DNA of 63,790 nucleotides, filler included, from Octopus bimaculoides (taxonomy: Eukaryota): the NCBI RefSeq assembly GCF_001194135.2. It is 8 parts of 7 records of this genome, joined end to end, with 100 filler letters (N's around TTAATTAATTAA, not from the genome) between each part and the next. Parts side by side here need not be neighbours in the genome. Positions count along the whole stretch, not along the records: positions 62,501 to 63,790 come from NW_026402001.1; 7 more parts are not named here. The stretch is one strand, 5' to 3'. Below, piece by piece: positions 63,267 through 63,790 of the stretch; within the stretch, counting starts at the first letter, position 1, and each line of letters begins with the position of its first letter. The position numbers were made by a program, and so were the translations under genes. Under the pieces are notes generated by a model that was given only the letters and a program-made list of their open reading frames with translations, was not told where the DNA came from and ran no database searches.

Positions 63267-63790
63267 TCAATATTCCTTTCGTTGAAATCGTTTTCTTTTA
63301 GTATGTATTTTAGTATGTGTTGTTAAGTGACCAGACTGAGAGAACGACTTGCGACATTTTTTACATTGATATGGCCTTTCTCCAGTGTGTATTCTTTCAT
63401 GTGCTTTTAAGTTAGCGGACTGAGAGAATGACTTGCGACATTTTTGACAACGAAATGGCTTCTCTCCAGTGTGTATTCTTTCATGTTTTCTTAAGTTTGT
63501 TAAGTCAGAAAACGACTTGCGACATTTTTTACACTGATATGGTTTCTCTCCACTATGTGTTCTCTTGTGTCTTATTAAGTTCGTAGACTGAGAGAACGAC
63601 TTCCTACACACCTCACAATGAAACCGTTTCTCTCCAGTGTGTATTTTCTTGTGTCTGTTTAAGTTACCAAGCTGAGAGAAAGACATATTACATTCGTGAC
63701 ACATAAATGGTTTCGTTCCAGTATGTATTCTCTCGTGCCTTTTGAAATCACCAGAACGAGAGAATGACTTTGTACACGTTTTACATTGAA
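63267..63790 (-). CDS. C2H2 zinc-finger protein, 3' coding portion (at least 6 tandem fingers; gene continues beyond the window)
   Basis: The frame is open from the window edge: QCKTCTKSFSRSGDFKRHERIH-TGTKPF-MCHECNMSFSQLGNLNRHKKIH-TGEKRF-HCEVC...H-SGEKPY-QCKKC...H-TGEKPF-RCQKC...H-TGERPY-QCKKC...HTKIH-TKRKRFQRKEY*. It has canonical CxxC-x12-HxxxH fingers with TGEKP linkers and no stops or frameshifts. The TGA stop is at 63267-63269. Confidence 0.92.
   Translation of the reverse strand, partial: QCKTCTKSFSRSGDFKRHERIHTGTKPFMCHECNMSFSQLGNLNRHKKIHTGEKRFHCEVCRKSFSQSTNLIRHKRTHSGEKPYQCKKCRKSFSDLTNLRKHERIHTGEKPFRCQKCRKSFSQSANLKAHERIHTGERPYQCKKCRKSFSQSGHLTTHTKIHTKRKRFQRKEY

Overview
AT-rich, microsatellite-saturated animal DNA, most likely from an octopus or other coleoid cephalopod. 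This is inferred from the SINE types, the very high CA/TA/TAT repeat density and a C2H2 zinc-finger array; I could not run a database search. Seven 100-bp spacers (N44-TTAATTAATTAA-N44) are scaffolding linkers, so adjacency across them is not guaranteed. The only confident protein-coding sequence is the 3' end of a minus-strand C2H2 zinc-finger gene, with 6 fingers visible and the gene continuing past the window end. Most of the rest is nested transposable elements. These include three tRNA-SINE families, fragments of Tx1/L1, R4/Dong, Hero, RTE and Penelope retroelements, LTR remnants, mariner, Tc1, pogo and hAT fragments, and Merlin, piggyBac and TA-flanked MITEs. Weaker evidence points to plus-strand exons: a 9-nt microexon with a UGC-type acceptor and two exons resembling a class C GPCR ectodomain. 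Other highlights are a Merlin-type MITE carrying head-to-head telomeric repeats, a minimal hammerhead ribozyme candidate, a Tx1-like LINE inside an (ATT)n tract, an inverted SINE pair and several long hairpins. Coordinates of degenerate repeats are approximate, within about 10-20 bp.
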